IMG/VR virus record: IMGVR_UViG_3300033067_000382
Span: 1-36,899 of that record
From: a virus
Lineage: Duplodnaviria; Caudoviricetes
Direction: 5' to 3' (one strand)
DNA length: 36,899 nt
The position numbers were made by a program, and so were the translations under genes. This document shows, piece after piece, positions 1 through 6,853 of the stretch. The stretch's first letter is position 1. Every line of letters starts with the position of its first letter. The notes beneath the pieces were generated by a model. That model was not told the origin of the DNA, did no database searches, and saw only the letters and a program-made list of their open reading frames with translations.

Positions 1-155
1 AGCAAAACGTTGATTTTAAAGAAGAAAAAAAAGCTAAAGAGGTTGACTATTCAGAAACTATTAAAATAGTCGCAAATAAGCTAATTTTAATGTTTACGTG
101 CTTTTTTGTACTCTATTTGATTTATAGCTTTATAAAAAATAAAACCACCTTATAA
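1..155 (+). CDS. C-terminal part of putative unimolecular spanin-like lipoprotein (continues from 36674-36899 across the circular junction)
   Basis: The last base of the window plus AG forms AAG in frame. It reads ..KQNVDFKEEKKAKEVDYSETIKIVANKLILMFTCFFVLYLIYSFIKNKTTL*, with a C-terminal hydrophobic segment. Confidence 0.7.
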   Translation, partial: QNVDFKEEKKAKEVDYSETIKIVANKLILMFTCFFVLYLIYSFIKNKTTL

Positions 156-170
156 CGGGTGGTTTTTTGT
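141..170. terminator. Probable bidirectional intrinsic terminator between convergent genes
   Basis: AAAACCACC-TTATAACG-GGTGGTTTTTT hairpin with A and T tails. Confidence 0.75.
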
Positions 171-401
171 TTAATTATTTACAACTTTAAAGGTTAATAT
201 TGCTTCTGTTTCAAATCCATAACAAGTTTTATTATAAGTACAAGCTAAATTTGCACTCTGATCTATTTCTCTAGCAAGATTTAAAATGTTATCTAATTTT
301 TTATTTAATTGAGTATTTTTATAATCAAATAACTCTGTAATTAAAATTTTGTTTATTTCTTCAAGATTTTCGATTTTTTTTAATAATTCTTTTTTTTTCA
401 T
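171..401 (-). CDS. Hypothetical protein
   Basis: 76 aa ORF with an A-rich leader, following the RHH-like gene in the same direction. Confidence 0.6.
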   Translation of the reverse strand: MKKKELLKKIENLEEINKILITELFDYKNTQLNKKLDNILNLAREIDQSANLACTYNKTCYGFETEAILTFKVVNN

Positions 402-412
402 AATTTATTTAT

Positions 413-604
413 TTAAAAAGGACATTTAATTACTTCCTTTGGTTTAACTATTTCTATTTTTTCTATTTGTAATTTTTCAGAAATTGCATCACGAATAAAG
501 TCGCAAACTCTAATATTATAATTTTCTAATTTTTTTAAAGTTTGATATTGAACTTCTGTTAGCTTGACTACTTTAGATTTTGTGTATTTTATAGGCTTTG
601 ACAT
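413..604 (-). CDS. Ribbon-helix-helix (CopG/Arc-like) DNA-binding protein
   Basis: Beta strand SKVVKLT, then helices QYQTLKKL and VCDFIRDAISEKL, a typical RHH pattern. Confidence 0.55.
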   Translation of the reverse strand: MSKPIKYTKSKVVKLTEVQYQTLKKLENYNIRVCDFIRDAISEKLQIEKIEIVKPKEVIKCPF

Positions 605-652
605 AAATAAGTAATACTTTTATAGAGGTTAGCGACAAGTTATAGTCAATGG

Positions 653-943
653 CTACAATTCGTTTTCATTAGACCATTTTTCAAACTTCTTAATTGCGTT
701 TTTAGCATTAGAGGCAAAGCAAGTAAAAATATAATCTATATCATTCCACATATTTTCAGTAGTGTCAAATCTTCCACTTCTCGTAAAATGATATTCTTTA
801 CAACCATTGGGAATAATTGGCTTTTTAGGTTCTTTATTTGGTTCGTGTTCTTTTTCGTAGTATTCACGTTCAGAAGTTTGAGCCATAGAACTTAGCATTG
901 CACCCATCATTGCCATAGTATATAATTTTGATTTTGAACTCAT
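653..943 (-). CDS. Cassette 1 hypothetical protein
   Basis: 96 aa ORF filling cassette 639-981. Confidence 0.7.
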   Translation of the reverse strand: MSSKSKLYTMAMMGAMLSSMAQTSEREYYEKEHEPNKEPKKPIIPNGCKEYHFTRSGRFDTTENMWNDIDYIFTCFASNAKNAIKKFEKWSNENEL

Positions 944-975
944 AAGACTTTAAGTTTTAAATACCCGCCACTAAC

Positions 976-1110
976 TATAACAGTAGTTTGTAAAAATGGC
1001 GGGTTAAGTTATTAATTTGTTGTTTTTTCTTTTATTTGGTATGTTTTAGGCTAAATAGATAGTTTTAGTTCTGTTTATTCCGCCACTTATACAAGCTACA
1101 AAACGTTATA
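976..1110. repeat. attC-like hairpin 1
   Basis: TATAACAGTAGTTTGTAAAAATGGCGG ... CCGCCACTTATACAAGCTACAAAACGTTATA. Confidence 0.85.
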
Positions 1111-1127
1111 AGAAATAGCTACGATTA

Positions 1128-1271
1128 CTATTCGCAAGTAAATCTACTCCAATTTCCTTTACCATATTTATTATTTATTTTTTCAATTATTTTATTTCTG
1201 TTTGACCCATCGGTATAAAAACTACCTACAAATGAATCATTATTAAAAACGTTTATCCAATACCAATACAT
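1128..1271 (-). CDS. Cassette 2 small protein (47 aa, not in ORF track)
   Basis: Manually translated MYWYWINVFNNDSFVGSFYTDGSNRNKIIEKINNKYGKGNWSRFTCE*, which fills cassette 1105-1309. Confidence 0.65.
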   Translation of the reverse strand: MYWYWINVFNNDSFVGSFYTDGSNRNKIIEKINNKYGKGNWSRFTCE

Positions 1272-1303
1272 AGTTACTATTTGTTTAATTACCCGCTACT
1301 TCT

Positions 1304-1379
1304 TATAACAGGTGTTTGTAAATACCAGCCGAAAATAAAATGCGTGTAGGCTGGCATCTACAAGCACCGAAACGTTATA
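1304..1379. repeat. attC-like hairpin 2 (shortest loop)
   Basis: TATAACAGGTGTTTGTAAATACCAGCC ... GGCTGGCATCTACAAGCACCGAAACGTTATA. Confidence 0.85.
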
Positions 1380-1386
1380 TGATAGC

Positions 1387-1686
1387 TTACGAAAGAACCG
1401 AGCAATATTCAGGATGTGTTAGATTATTTTCTAACCATTTTTTAACTTCTTCAGTTGTTCCTTCATCAGATGAATACCCGTAAAAATCTCCATTTCTAAA
1501 AATACGTCCATCGTAATCTCCTTCCATTTCGCTTTCAATTCTATTTTCTACATCGGTTGTATCTTCGTCGATTTGGCTACATAAGCCTAGTGCCGTTTTC
1601 ATTCTGCTATGATAATCATAAGCCCAATTTCCTCTAAGGTCTAATAATAATTGTCCTAAGCAGGTTTTTAATTCTTCTTGTGTCAT
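1387..1686 (-). CDS. Cassette 3 hypothetical acidic protein
   Basis: Start refined to ATG of MTQEELK, inside the cassette boundary (99 aa). Confidence 0.7.
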   Translation of the reverse strand: MTQEELKTCLGQLLLDLRGNWAYDYHSRMKTALGLCSQIDEDTTDVENRIESEMEGDYDGRIFRNGDFYGYSSDEGTTEEVKKWLENNLTHPEYCSVLS

Positions 1687-1711
1687 AATGTTTAGTGTTA
1701 AAAAGCCATCA

Positions 1712-1840
1712 TATAACAATGCATTGTAGCAATTGTGGCATTTGGCTTGATTGATAAATAATTTTGTACTTGGTTGGTTAGGTTTTAAATCGATAATTCG
1801 GCAGTCCTAATCCACAACTGCGACAATGCTGAACGTTAAT
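1712..1840. repeat. attC-like hairpin 3
   Basis: TATAACAATGCATTGTAGCAATTGTGG ... CCACAACTGCGACAATGCTGAACGTTAAT. Confidence 0.85.
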
Positions 1841-2300
1841 GGCAATATTTGAAGTGCGTAAAATGAATAATCGCCATTGGTTGAGATAAATCGTAACCTT
1901 TAAACCATTCTTTGAAATCTGAAAGACTTAATCCGTCATTTTCAGCTATAATGTCAATGTTTGGCTCGAATTTGTTATTTATCAAAGGATATTTTAAAGC
2001 AGGAACTCCATCTTTATCTTCGTAAAATTCTAATTTTTCAAGTGAAATTCCATCTGTATTTTTAAGATTAAAAACTTCTACTTGTTTTGAATTATAAGGT
2101 TTGCCAGTCCAATTTCTAATCGACAAACAAGCCTCTCCTTTTTCAATTTTTTCAAATCGTTTTTGCCATAATAAAAAATTACCTCTAATTGTATGCTTTT
2201 TCAATAAGCTATTAATTTTCACGACAAAATTTGTTTCTAAACCACCTTTTTTGTGAGTTTTAGGAAATGTGTTTGAAATTGTTAATACGTATGTTTTCAT
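1836..2300 (-). CDS. Cassette 4 protein, possibly ASCH/PUA-like fold
   Basis: KKHTIR and IAENDGLSLSDFKEWF segments resemble ASCH-domain proteins. The stop codon overlaps the GTT core. Confidence 0.55.
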   Translation of the reverse strand: MKTYVLTISNTFPKTHKKGGLETNFVVKINSLLKKHTIRGNFLLWQKRFEKIEKGEACLSIRNWTGKPYNSKQVEVFNLKNTDGISLEKLEFYEDKDGVPALKYPLINNKFEPNIDIIAENDGLSLSDFKEWFKGYDLSQPMAIIHFTHFKYCH

Positions 2301-2322
2301 AAGAAAATTTGTTAATACTGCC

Positions 2323-2453
2323 ATTAACACAGGTTTGCAAAAATGGCAAGTTCAGGTTTAATTTAAAGTTGTTTTTGTGTCTTTGTGGCTCGGTCTTTAT
2401 CCGAAATTCTAGGCTTGCTTTTTTGCCACTTCTGCAAGCCTGATAACGTTATA
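2323..2453. repeat. attC-like hairpin 4
   Basis: ATTAACACAGGTTTGCAAAAATGGCAA ... TTGCCACTTCTGCAAGCCTGATAACGTTATA. Confidence 0.85.
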
Positions 2454-2459
2454 AAACAT

Positions 2460-2696
2460 TTAAGGTAGATTGTGGAAAATTAAATCTGAAATACATACTT
2501 TTTCTTCTTTAAAATATTCATCTTTAAAATATTCTTCGCCCCAATAATCCTCATCATCATCTAAAGAACCTTTACATTTTCCAGCTTCGTAAGCTAAAAT
2601 AATATGTTCTTTTTCTTGTTCTAATAATTCTTTTTGTAAATCTAAACTTAAAAGTGTTTTGTTTTTTTCAAATAAAGTTGTTAATGGTGTTTTCAT
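2460..2696 (-). CDS. Cassette 5 hypothetical protein (EKEQI-type small phage family)
   Basis: Start refined to MKTPL. LLEQEKEHIILAY resembles the 8952-9155 product. Confidence 0.65.
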   Translation of the reverse strand: MKTPLTTLFEKNKTLLSLDLQKELLEQEKEHIILAYEAGKCKGSLDDDEDYWGEEYFKDEYFKEEKVCISDLIFHNLP

Positions 2697-2708
2697 AATA
2701 AAACGTTT

Positions 2709-2830
2709 TATAACAATGGTTTGTAGCAAAACTACTTTAGGCTACTTTGTCATCATTAGTTAATAATTCTTTTGTTTTTGTAATCTTTGTTTATAATTCT
2801 ACGTTCTGCTACAAGCCACAAAACGTTAGT
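2709..2830. repeat. attC-like hairpin 5
   Basis: TATAACAATGGTTTGTAGCAAAAC ... GTTCTGCTACAAGCCACAAAACGTTAGT. Confidence 0.85.
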
Positions 2831-3587
2831 GGCAATACTCCGAAGCTCTACGAACAGCAACATCGTAATATTGTTTTTCCTTTTCTATTCCAATTGATTT
2901 ACGATTTAATTTAATAGCACTTACAAATTCACTTCCAGAACCCGCAAATGGAATAAGTATTAAATCATTTTCATTTGTTGAGCATTTTATAATCCTGTCA
3001 CATAACTCTAAAGGTTTTTGCGTTGGGTGTGGTACTTTCTCGCTTTTTTTACCTACAAGGTTTGGAATACACCATACATCGTCAGGACTTTTACCTAATG
3101 GGTTTAATCTTTTATCTTTATCAGCGTAAATGCTTTTTACTCTAATATCGTCTAAATTCCAAGTATGGTTATTTATATCATTAACACAATAAAATAATGG
3201 TTCGTGAGATACTTTAAATTTTTTCTTTGGCGAAACTCCACCACTCCTGAACCAAATCAATCTGTTTTTAATTGTAAAATATTTTCGCAACATCAAATCA
3301 ATATAAGCAGACATTTCTTGTGAGCAATATATAAATAAACTACCACTATCTTTTAAGCATCTTTTACATTCTATAATTGTGTTTTCAATAAATTGCAAAT
3401 AATCGTTTTCGCTTTTAAATACAAAATCAAAATCGCCTTTTACTTCAAAATATGGAGGGTCAATTATAATAGCATCAATTGATTTATCCTCAATAAAAGG
3501 AAAAACATCAAAGCAATCAGCGTTTACAAAAGTACTGCCACTAACATCGGTTTGGCAAAATTGGGGGTTCGGTGGTAAATTCAACAT
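2826..3587 (-). CDS. Cassette 6 N6-adenine/N4-cytosine DNA methyltransferase (beta class)
   Basis: DPPY catalytic motif precedes HPTQKP and the PFAGSGS SAM-binding motif. The start codon lies inside hairpin 6. Confidence 0.9.
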   Translation of the reverse strand: MLNLPPNPQFCQTDVSGSTFVNADCFDVFPFIEDKSIDAIIIDPPYFEVKGDFDFVFKSENDYLQFIENTIIECKRCLKDSGSLFIYCSQEMSAYIDLMLRKYFTIKNRLIWFRSGGVSPKKKFKVSHEPLFYCVNDINNHTWNLDDIRVKSIYADKDKRLNPLGKSPDDVWCIPNLVGKKSEKVPHPTQKPLELCDRIIKCSTNENDLILIPFAGSGSEFVSAIKLNRKSIGIEKEKQYYDVAVRRASEYCH

Positions 3588-3669
3588 TTGTATTTCAATT
3601 TAAGTTTAGTAATAATTTTAGCGTTTCGTTTTCAAAATCCCCAACTTCGCCAAGCCGAGAACCGTTATA
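3540..3669. repeat. attC-like hairpin 6
   Basis: ACTAACATCGGTTTGGCAAAATTGGGG ... CCCCAACTTCGCCAAGCCGAGAACCGTTATA. Confidence 0.85.
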
Positions 3670-3680
3670 AGTAACTTTAC

Positions 3681-4034
3681 CTAAATTGTGCGTAAAAATT
3701 CCTTAACGTATTTTTTTGAGTTTAAATTTTCAATTGCATATTTAGAAGATAAACTCTTTTTTGAATTAAAATTTATAACTCCTAAACATTTGTTATTTAA
3801 AACTAATAACCAATAAAAGTCGTGTTCAATTGTTTCTGTAATTTTAGCACCATTTGAATACCACCCATTACCCTCACATATTTTTTCAACGTATGTATTA
3901 GTAAAAGAATAAGTAGGCACTTTTACAAGTTCACAAATTATATTTGGTTTTTCTTTTTTGTTGGTAATTTGAAATATTTTATTTTCAAAATCTGCAAATC
4001 CGTGTCTTGATTGATATTCGTTTGAGTATTCCAT
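3681..4034 (-). CDS. Cassette 7 hypothetical protein
   Basis: 117 aa ORF filling cassette 3664-4052. Confidence 0.7.
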   Translation of the reverse strand: MEYSNEYQSRHGFADFENKIFQITNKKEKPNIICELVKVPTYSFTNTYVEKICEGNGWYSNGAKITETIEHDFYWLLVLNNKCLGVINFNSKKSLSSKYAIENLNSKKYVKEFLRTI

Positions 4035-4046
4035 AAAAAAGCTACT

Positions 4047-4176
4047 TATAACATCGGTTTTGCTCTATTGCGGTTTAGTGCTTAACCAATGTTCGGTTTG
4101 TGTTTGTTAATTTTGTTTTTAAATCTAAACTTTTGGCTTACTTTTCCGCAACAAAGCAAAGCCGAGAACCGTTATA
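4047..4176. repeat. attC-like hairpin 7
   Basis: TATAACATCGGTTTTGCTCTATTGCGG ... CCGCAACAAAGCAAAGCCGAGAACCGTTATA. Confidence 0.85.
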
Positions 4177-4184
4177 AGAAATAG

Positions 4185-4391
4185 CTACAATTCTTTTTCA
4201 TAAGGAGGCTTTGGAGTATTTATTTTCATTATATGAGATGGCACTTTTCTACCGCAAACACCATATTTAAAATTAAAAACACCATCATAGCTTGCTTTTA
4301 TAACTTCTCCATTAAAAAATATATAGCAATCGAAAAAATCATTTTCTTTTACCCAATTAAAATCTTCTTTTTTTACCCATTTACATTTCAT
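4185..4391 (-). CDS. Cassette 8 hypothetical protein
   Basis: 68 aa ORF. KWV..PSHIM..PKPP is loosely reminiscent of DUF551-like small phage proteins. Confidence 0.6.
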   Translation of the reverse strand: MKCKWVKKEDFNWVKENDFFDCYIFFNGEVIKASYDGVFNFKYGVCGRKVPSHIMKINTPKPPYEKEL

Positions 4392-4423
4392 AATTACTAT
4401 TTTTGTTAATACCCGCTACTTCT

Positions 4424-4544
4424 TATAACAGCAATTTGTATAAATGGCTAGTTTAGTTTGTGTCGGATAGTTTGTTTAATATTCTTTTTGTTTGTTGTGT
4501 TTTGGTTTAGTCAACGCCACTGCAACAAGCTACAAAACGTTAAC
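4424..4544. repeat. attC-like hairpin 8 (more degenerate stem)
   Basis: TATAACAGCAATTTGTATAAATGGC ... GCCACTGCAACAAGCTACAAAACGTTAAC. Confidence 0.75.
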
Positions 4545-4551
4545 AAATATA

Positions 4552-4770
4552 TTATTCAGAACTTTGTGTAAAAGTTCTTTCGTAATATTTCAAACCACAT
4601 ACACAATTTTCTTTTTTATCTTCGCAAGAATAAAAATCACATTTTTTTGTATATGCATTTCTTATTTGGTCTTGTTCCTCTCTTAAATAAAATTCTACTA
4701 CATTGTCAGAAAGAACTATATTCCAATCATTTTTTAATCTTTCTATTAATTGTGTTACTGCTGTTTTCAT
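4552..4770 (-). CDS. Cassette 9 second gene (MKTAV/EKEQI-type small phage family)
   Basis: MKTAVTQLIE..EEQDQIRNAY..KYYERTF is similar to the 8952-9155 product. Confidence 0.7.
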   Translation of the reverse strand: MKTAVTQLIERLKNDWNIVLSDNVVEFYLREEQDQIRNAYTKKCDFYSCEDKKENCVCGLKYYERTFTQSSE

Positions 4771-4772
4771 AA

Positions 4773-4976
4773 TTAAAATTTATCAGATTTATGTTCTTTT
4801 AAATAATCTTCTAACATTTTACGCTCATGTTTTAAAGTTTGTTCAGTATTTTTTAAAGTTGATTTATTAATTTTAATACTTGTAATTAAAAAGTTTCTTC
4901 TAATTTCTAACTCAGATACTAATAACTGTTGACCCTCAATCCATAAATCAACTGATTTTTGATAATTTTTACTCAT
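4773..4976 (-). CDS. Cassette 9 first gene, coiled-coil hypothetical protein
   Basis: Start refined to MSKNY inside the cassette boundary (67 aa). Confidence 0.65.
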   Translation of the reverse strand: MSKNYQKSVDLWIEGQQLLVSELEIRRNFLITSIKINKSTLKNTEQTLKHERKMLEDYLKEHKSDKF

Positions 4977-4992
4977 AATTTTAAATACATTT

Positions 4993-5106
4993 GTTAACAC
5001 ACGTTTGGCACAATTGCCTTTCGTGTTTTGTTTGACATTATTTGTTTGTTTGTAATTCGTTTGACTATTCCGTTAAGCAACTGATGCCAAGCGTGGGAAC
5101 GTTATG
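4993..5106. repeat. attC-like hairpin 9
   Basis: GTTAACACACGTTTGGCACAATTGC ... GCAACTGATGCCAAGCGTGGGAACGTTATG. Confidence 0.85.
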
Positions 5107-5113
5107 CAATAGC

Positions 5114-5455
5114 TTACTCCAAATAACGCTTAATGACTTCTTTATCTAAATTATCGAATGGTTCTAAATCTTCAAAATTATCTTTAAAATATTGTTCAGC
5201 TACTAACCATTGGTCTGAATAGTTTTTTGGATTTCTTGCAATCATATCTCCAATTTTTGGAGAATCGTTTGCTAAATCTGCATCAGAAATACTAACTTTT
5301 ATTGGGTGTTTCCAATCCCCTAAATCAGATGGTATTATAATAGCACCTACATTGTGAAAGTCTGTAATATCACTTTCTGTTACTTCTCGCATTTCTGCAA
5401 TTTGACTTCTTTTGAATTGTTTGAAATTTTTCATTTTTTTTGAATTTAAAGCCAT
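5114..5455 (-). CDS. Cassette 10 hypothetical phage protein
   Basis: 113 aa ORF filling cassette 5101-5463, containing PKIGDMIARNPKN..DQWLV. Confidence 0.7.
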   Translation of the reverse strand: MALNSKKMKNFKQFKRSQIAEMREVTESDITDFHNVGAIIIPSDLGDWKHPIKVSISDADLANDSPKIGDMIARNPKNYSDQWLVAEQYFKDNFEDLEPFDNLDKEVIKRYLE

Positions 5456-5457
5456 CG

Positions 5458-5588
5458 CATAACAAGTGTTTGTATCAATAGCTTTGTTAGTTTTTATTTA
5501 ATTACAATTCGTAAAATTTAATGTTTGTCTTGTATTTGTTGACTTTCGTGTTTAATTTAAGCTACTAATACAATTATCAAACGTTAAA
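5458..5588. repeat. attC-like hairpin 10
   Basis: CATAACAAGTGTTTGTATCAATAGCTT ... AAGCTACTAATACAATTATCAAACGTTAAA. Confidence 0.8.
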
Positions 5589-5595
5589 AGCAATA

Positions 5596-5874
5596 TTAAA
5601 AGATAACGTATAACCAAAATAAAGTTGATATTGTGTATTTCAATGGTATTAGTTTATCATCAACTTTTCTGCAATAATTATCAAATGTTTTATTTTTCTT
5701 AACATCGCCAGTCATTGCAATATCTAATAAATCATTATCTCTAAAAGATACATAATTTACCCATATAAATAAAACTAAATGATATGGTAAAATAGGTATT
5801 AAGAAAATATTTTCAAATACTGCTTTTAACACAGGTTTTGTGCTATTACTACTTTGTTTTGTATTTTTAAACAT
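5596..5874 (-). CDS. Cassette 11 small membrane protein
   Basis: Two hydrophobic segments. The start codon lies in the loop of hairpin 11. Confidence 0.65.
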   Translation of the reverse strand: MFKNTKQSSNSTKPVLKAVFENIFLIPILPYHLVLFIWVNYVSFRDNDLLDIAMTGDVKKNKTFDNYCRKVDDKLIPLKYTISTLFWLYVIF

Positions 5875-5957
5875 CGGTTTTAAATTTTAAAATTAGTTTG
5901 TACTTGTTCTTATCAGTTTTAATTCTACGCAACATCACAAAGCCTGATAACGTTAAA
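5825..5957. repeat. attC-like hairpin 11
   Basis: TTTAACACAGGTTTTGTGCTATTAC ... GCAACATCACAAAGCCTGATAACGTTAAA. Confidence 0.8.
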
Positions 5958-6165
5958 CCAACTCCCAAGCCTTAACTTCTATTTGTTTAAACTCTTTGTC
6001 TAACTTTAATTGTAGATCTAAACATGCTTCAATTATTACTTTATTTTTAATAGGGATTTCAGTTCTAAAATAATACTCTATTGTAGATGGTTTAACTTTT
6101 AACTTTCTTGCCATATTATCGACAAATGATTTTCGGTCTATTAGTTGTTGTAGTTTGTGTATCAT
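5953..6165 (-). CDS. Putative HTH DNA-binding protein (first gene of the leftward operon)
   Basis: MARKLKVKPSTIEYYF is HTH-like. The stop codon overlaps the last GTT core. Confidence 0.55.
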   Translation of the reverse strand: MIHKLQQLIDRKSFVDNMARKLKVKPSTIEYYFRTEIPIKNKVIIEACLDLQLKLDKEFKQIEVKAWELV

Positions 6166-6226
6166 AGTTTTAAGGTTATACGTTTAAATTAATTTTTTAT
6201 TTTAAGGCTATAGGTTTAAATTTTTA

Positions 6227-6234
6227 CAAAAATA
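6227..6234 (-). promoter_or_regulatory. Bacteroidota -7 promoter element for the leftward (cassette) operon
   Basis: TATTTTTG on the minus strand matches TAnnTTTG, about 60 bp before the 6165 start. Confidence 0.5.
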
Positions 6235-6322
6235 CAAACTATTTTTATACAAATAACATAGCAACGCTATTTATAATCAATATAAATTAACTTCATTGTG
6301 TTGTTTATCTAAAAAAAGATAT

Positions 6323-6330
6323 TATATTTG
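6323..6330 (+). promoter_or_regulatory. Bacteroidota -7 promoter element for the rightward early operon
   Basis: TATATTTG, with TTG about 20 bp upstream and ATG at 6359. Confidence 0.55.
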
Positions 6331-6358
6331 CTCTATCAAAATAAAACAATTAGAAATT

Positions 6359-6523
6359 ATGAACCAAGTATTTGAAATTACAACTTTTGAAAACACAAAA
6401 TGTAAAATAGTAAAATTTTATGATGAATATTATTTATTTGTAAAATTAAATAAATATGAAAATAAATGTTTTGATAGCTTTAATGATGCTATTAATCATA
6501 TTAAAAACTATAATCTTTATTAA
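6359..6523 (+). CDS. Hypothetical early protein
   Basis: Start refined to MNQVF, downstream of the promoter. Confidence 0.55.
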   Translation: MNQVFEITTFENTKCKIVKFYDEYYLFVKLNKYENKCFDSFNDAINHIKNYNLY

Positions 6524-6525
6524 TT

Positions 6526-6639
6526 ATGAAAACAATTATCTTTTTATCAGTTGCGACTATCGGGATGAGTACCGATAATTTTTTAGTAATGACAGGAGCA
6601 TTACTTATATGTGGAATATTAATCTTTAAAAATAAATAA
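6526..6639 (+). CDS. Small hydrophobic protein (37 aa, not in track)
   Basis: MKTIIFLSVATIGMSTDNFLVMTGALLICGILIFKNK*, tightly packed between neighbours. Confidence 0.45.
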   Translation: MKTIIFLSVATIGMSTDNFLVMTGALLICGILIFKNK

Positions 6640-6640
6640 A

Positions 6641-6853
6641 ATGAAAACACTTTGGAAAAAATTAAGCGAGGAAAACAGACAAAAAATTAAGTCAAGCCCT
6701 TACAAGTATCGTTCAACTAAATTACAAGCTGAATTAAAAACAGAGGTTGCGTGGACTAACTTACGATTTGAAAGCATTATTTTCTTACTTCAAGAAACAA
6801 CAGGCGAAAAAACACTAATTGAAAACGTAGATAAATTATTTGATAATGAATAA
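6641..6853 (+). CDS. Hypothetical protein
   Basis: 70 aa ORF in a packed operon. Confidence 0.6.
   Translation: MKTLWKKLSEENRQKIKSSPYKYRSTKLQAELKTEVAWTNLRFESIIFLLQETTGEKTLIENVDKLFDNE

Larger units (their letters stand above)
639..5957. mobile_element. Integron-like gene cassette array (11 cassettes, 11 attC-like hairpins)
   Basis: Single genes (one cassette has two) alternate regularly with 76-135 bp imperfect palindromes bounded by TAAC and GTTA. Each cassette has its own terminal inverted repeat. Confidence 0.85.

Noticed and set aside
4492-4686. Plus-strand 64-aa ORF
   Set aside because: It is antisense to cassette 9 and crosses a recombination core, so it is likely a shadow ORF.
1687-5000. 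Extended starts of tracked ORFs at 1719, 2330, 2729 and 5000
   Set aside because: They use GTG/TTG codons in hairpin arms, while an ATG with an A-rich leader lies just inside each cassette.
976-5957. CRISPR array interpretation of the recurring repeats
   Set aside because: The repeats are long, divergent palindromes separated by whole genes of 200-720 bp, not identical 25-45 bp repeats with short spacers. No cas genes are present.
976-5957. Hairpins as plain intrinsic terminators or MITEs
   Set aside because: Most loops are long, there are no U tails after the stems and no target-site duplications. Cassette-specific end pairing is not explained by either model.
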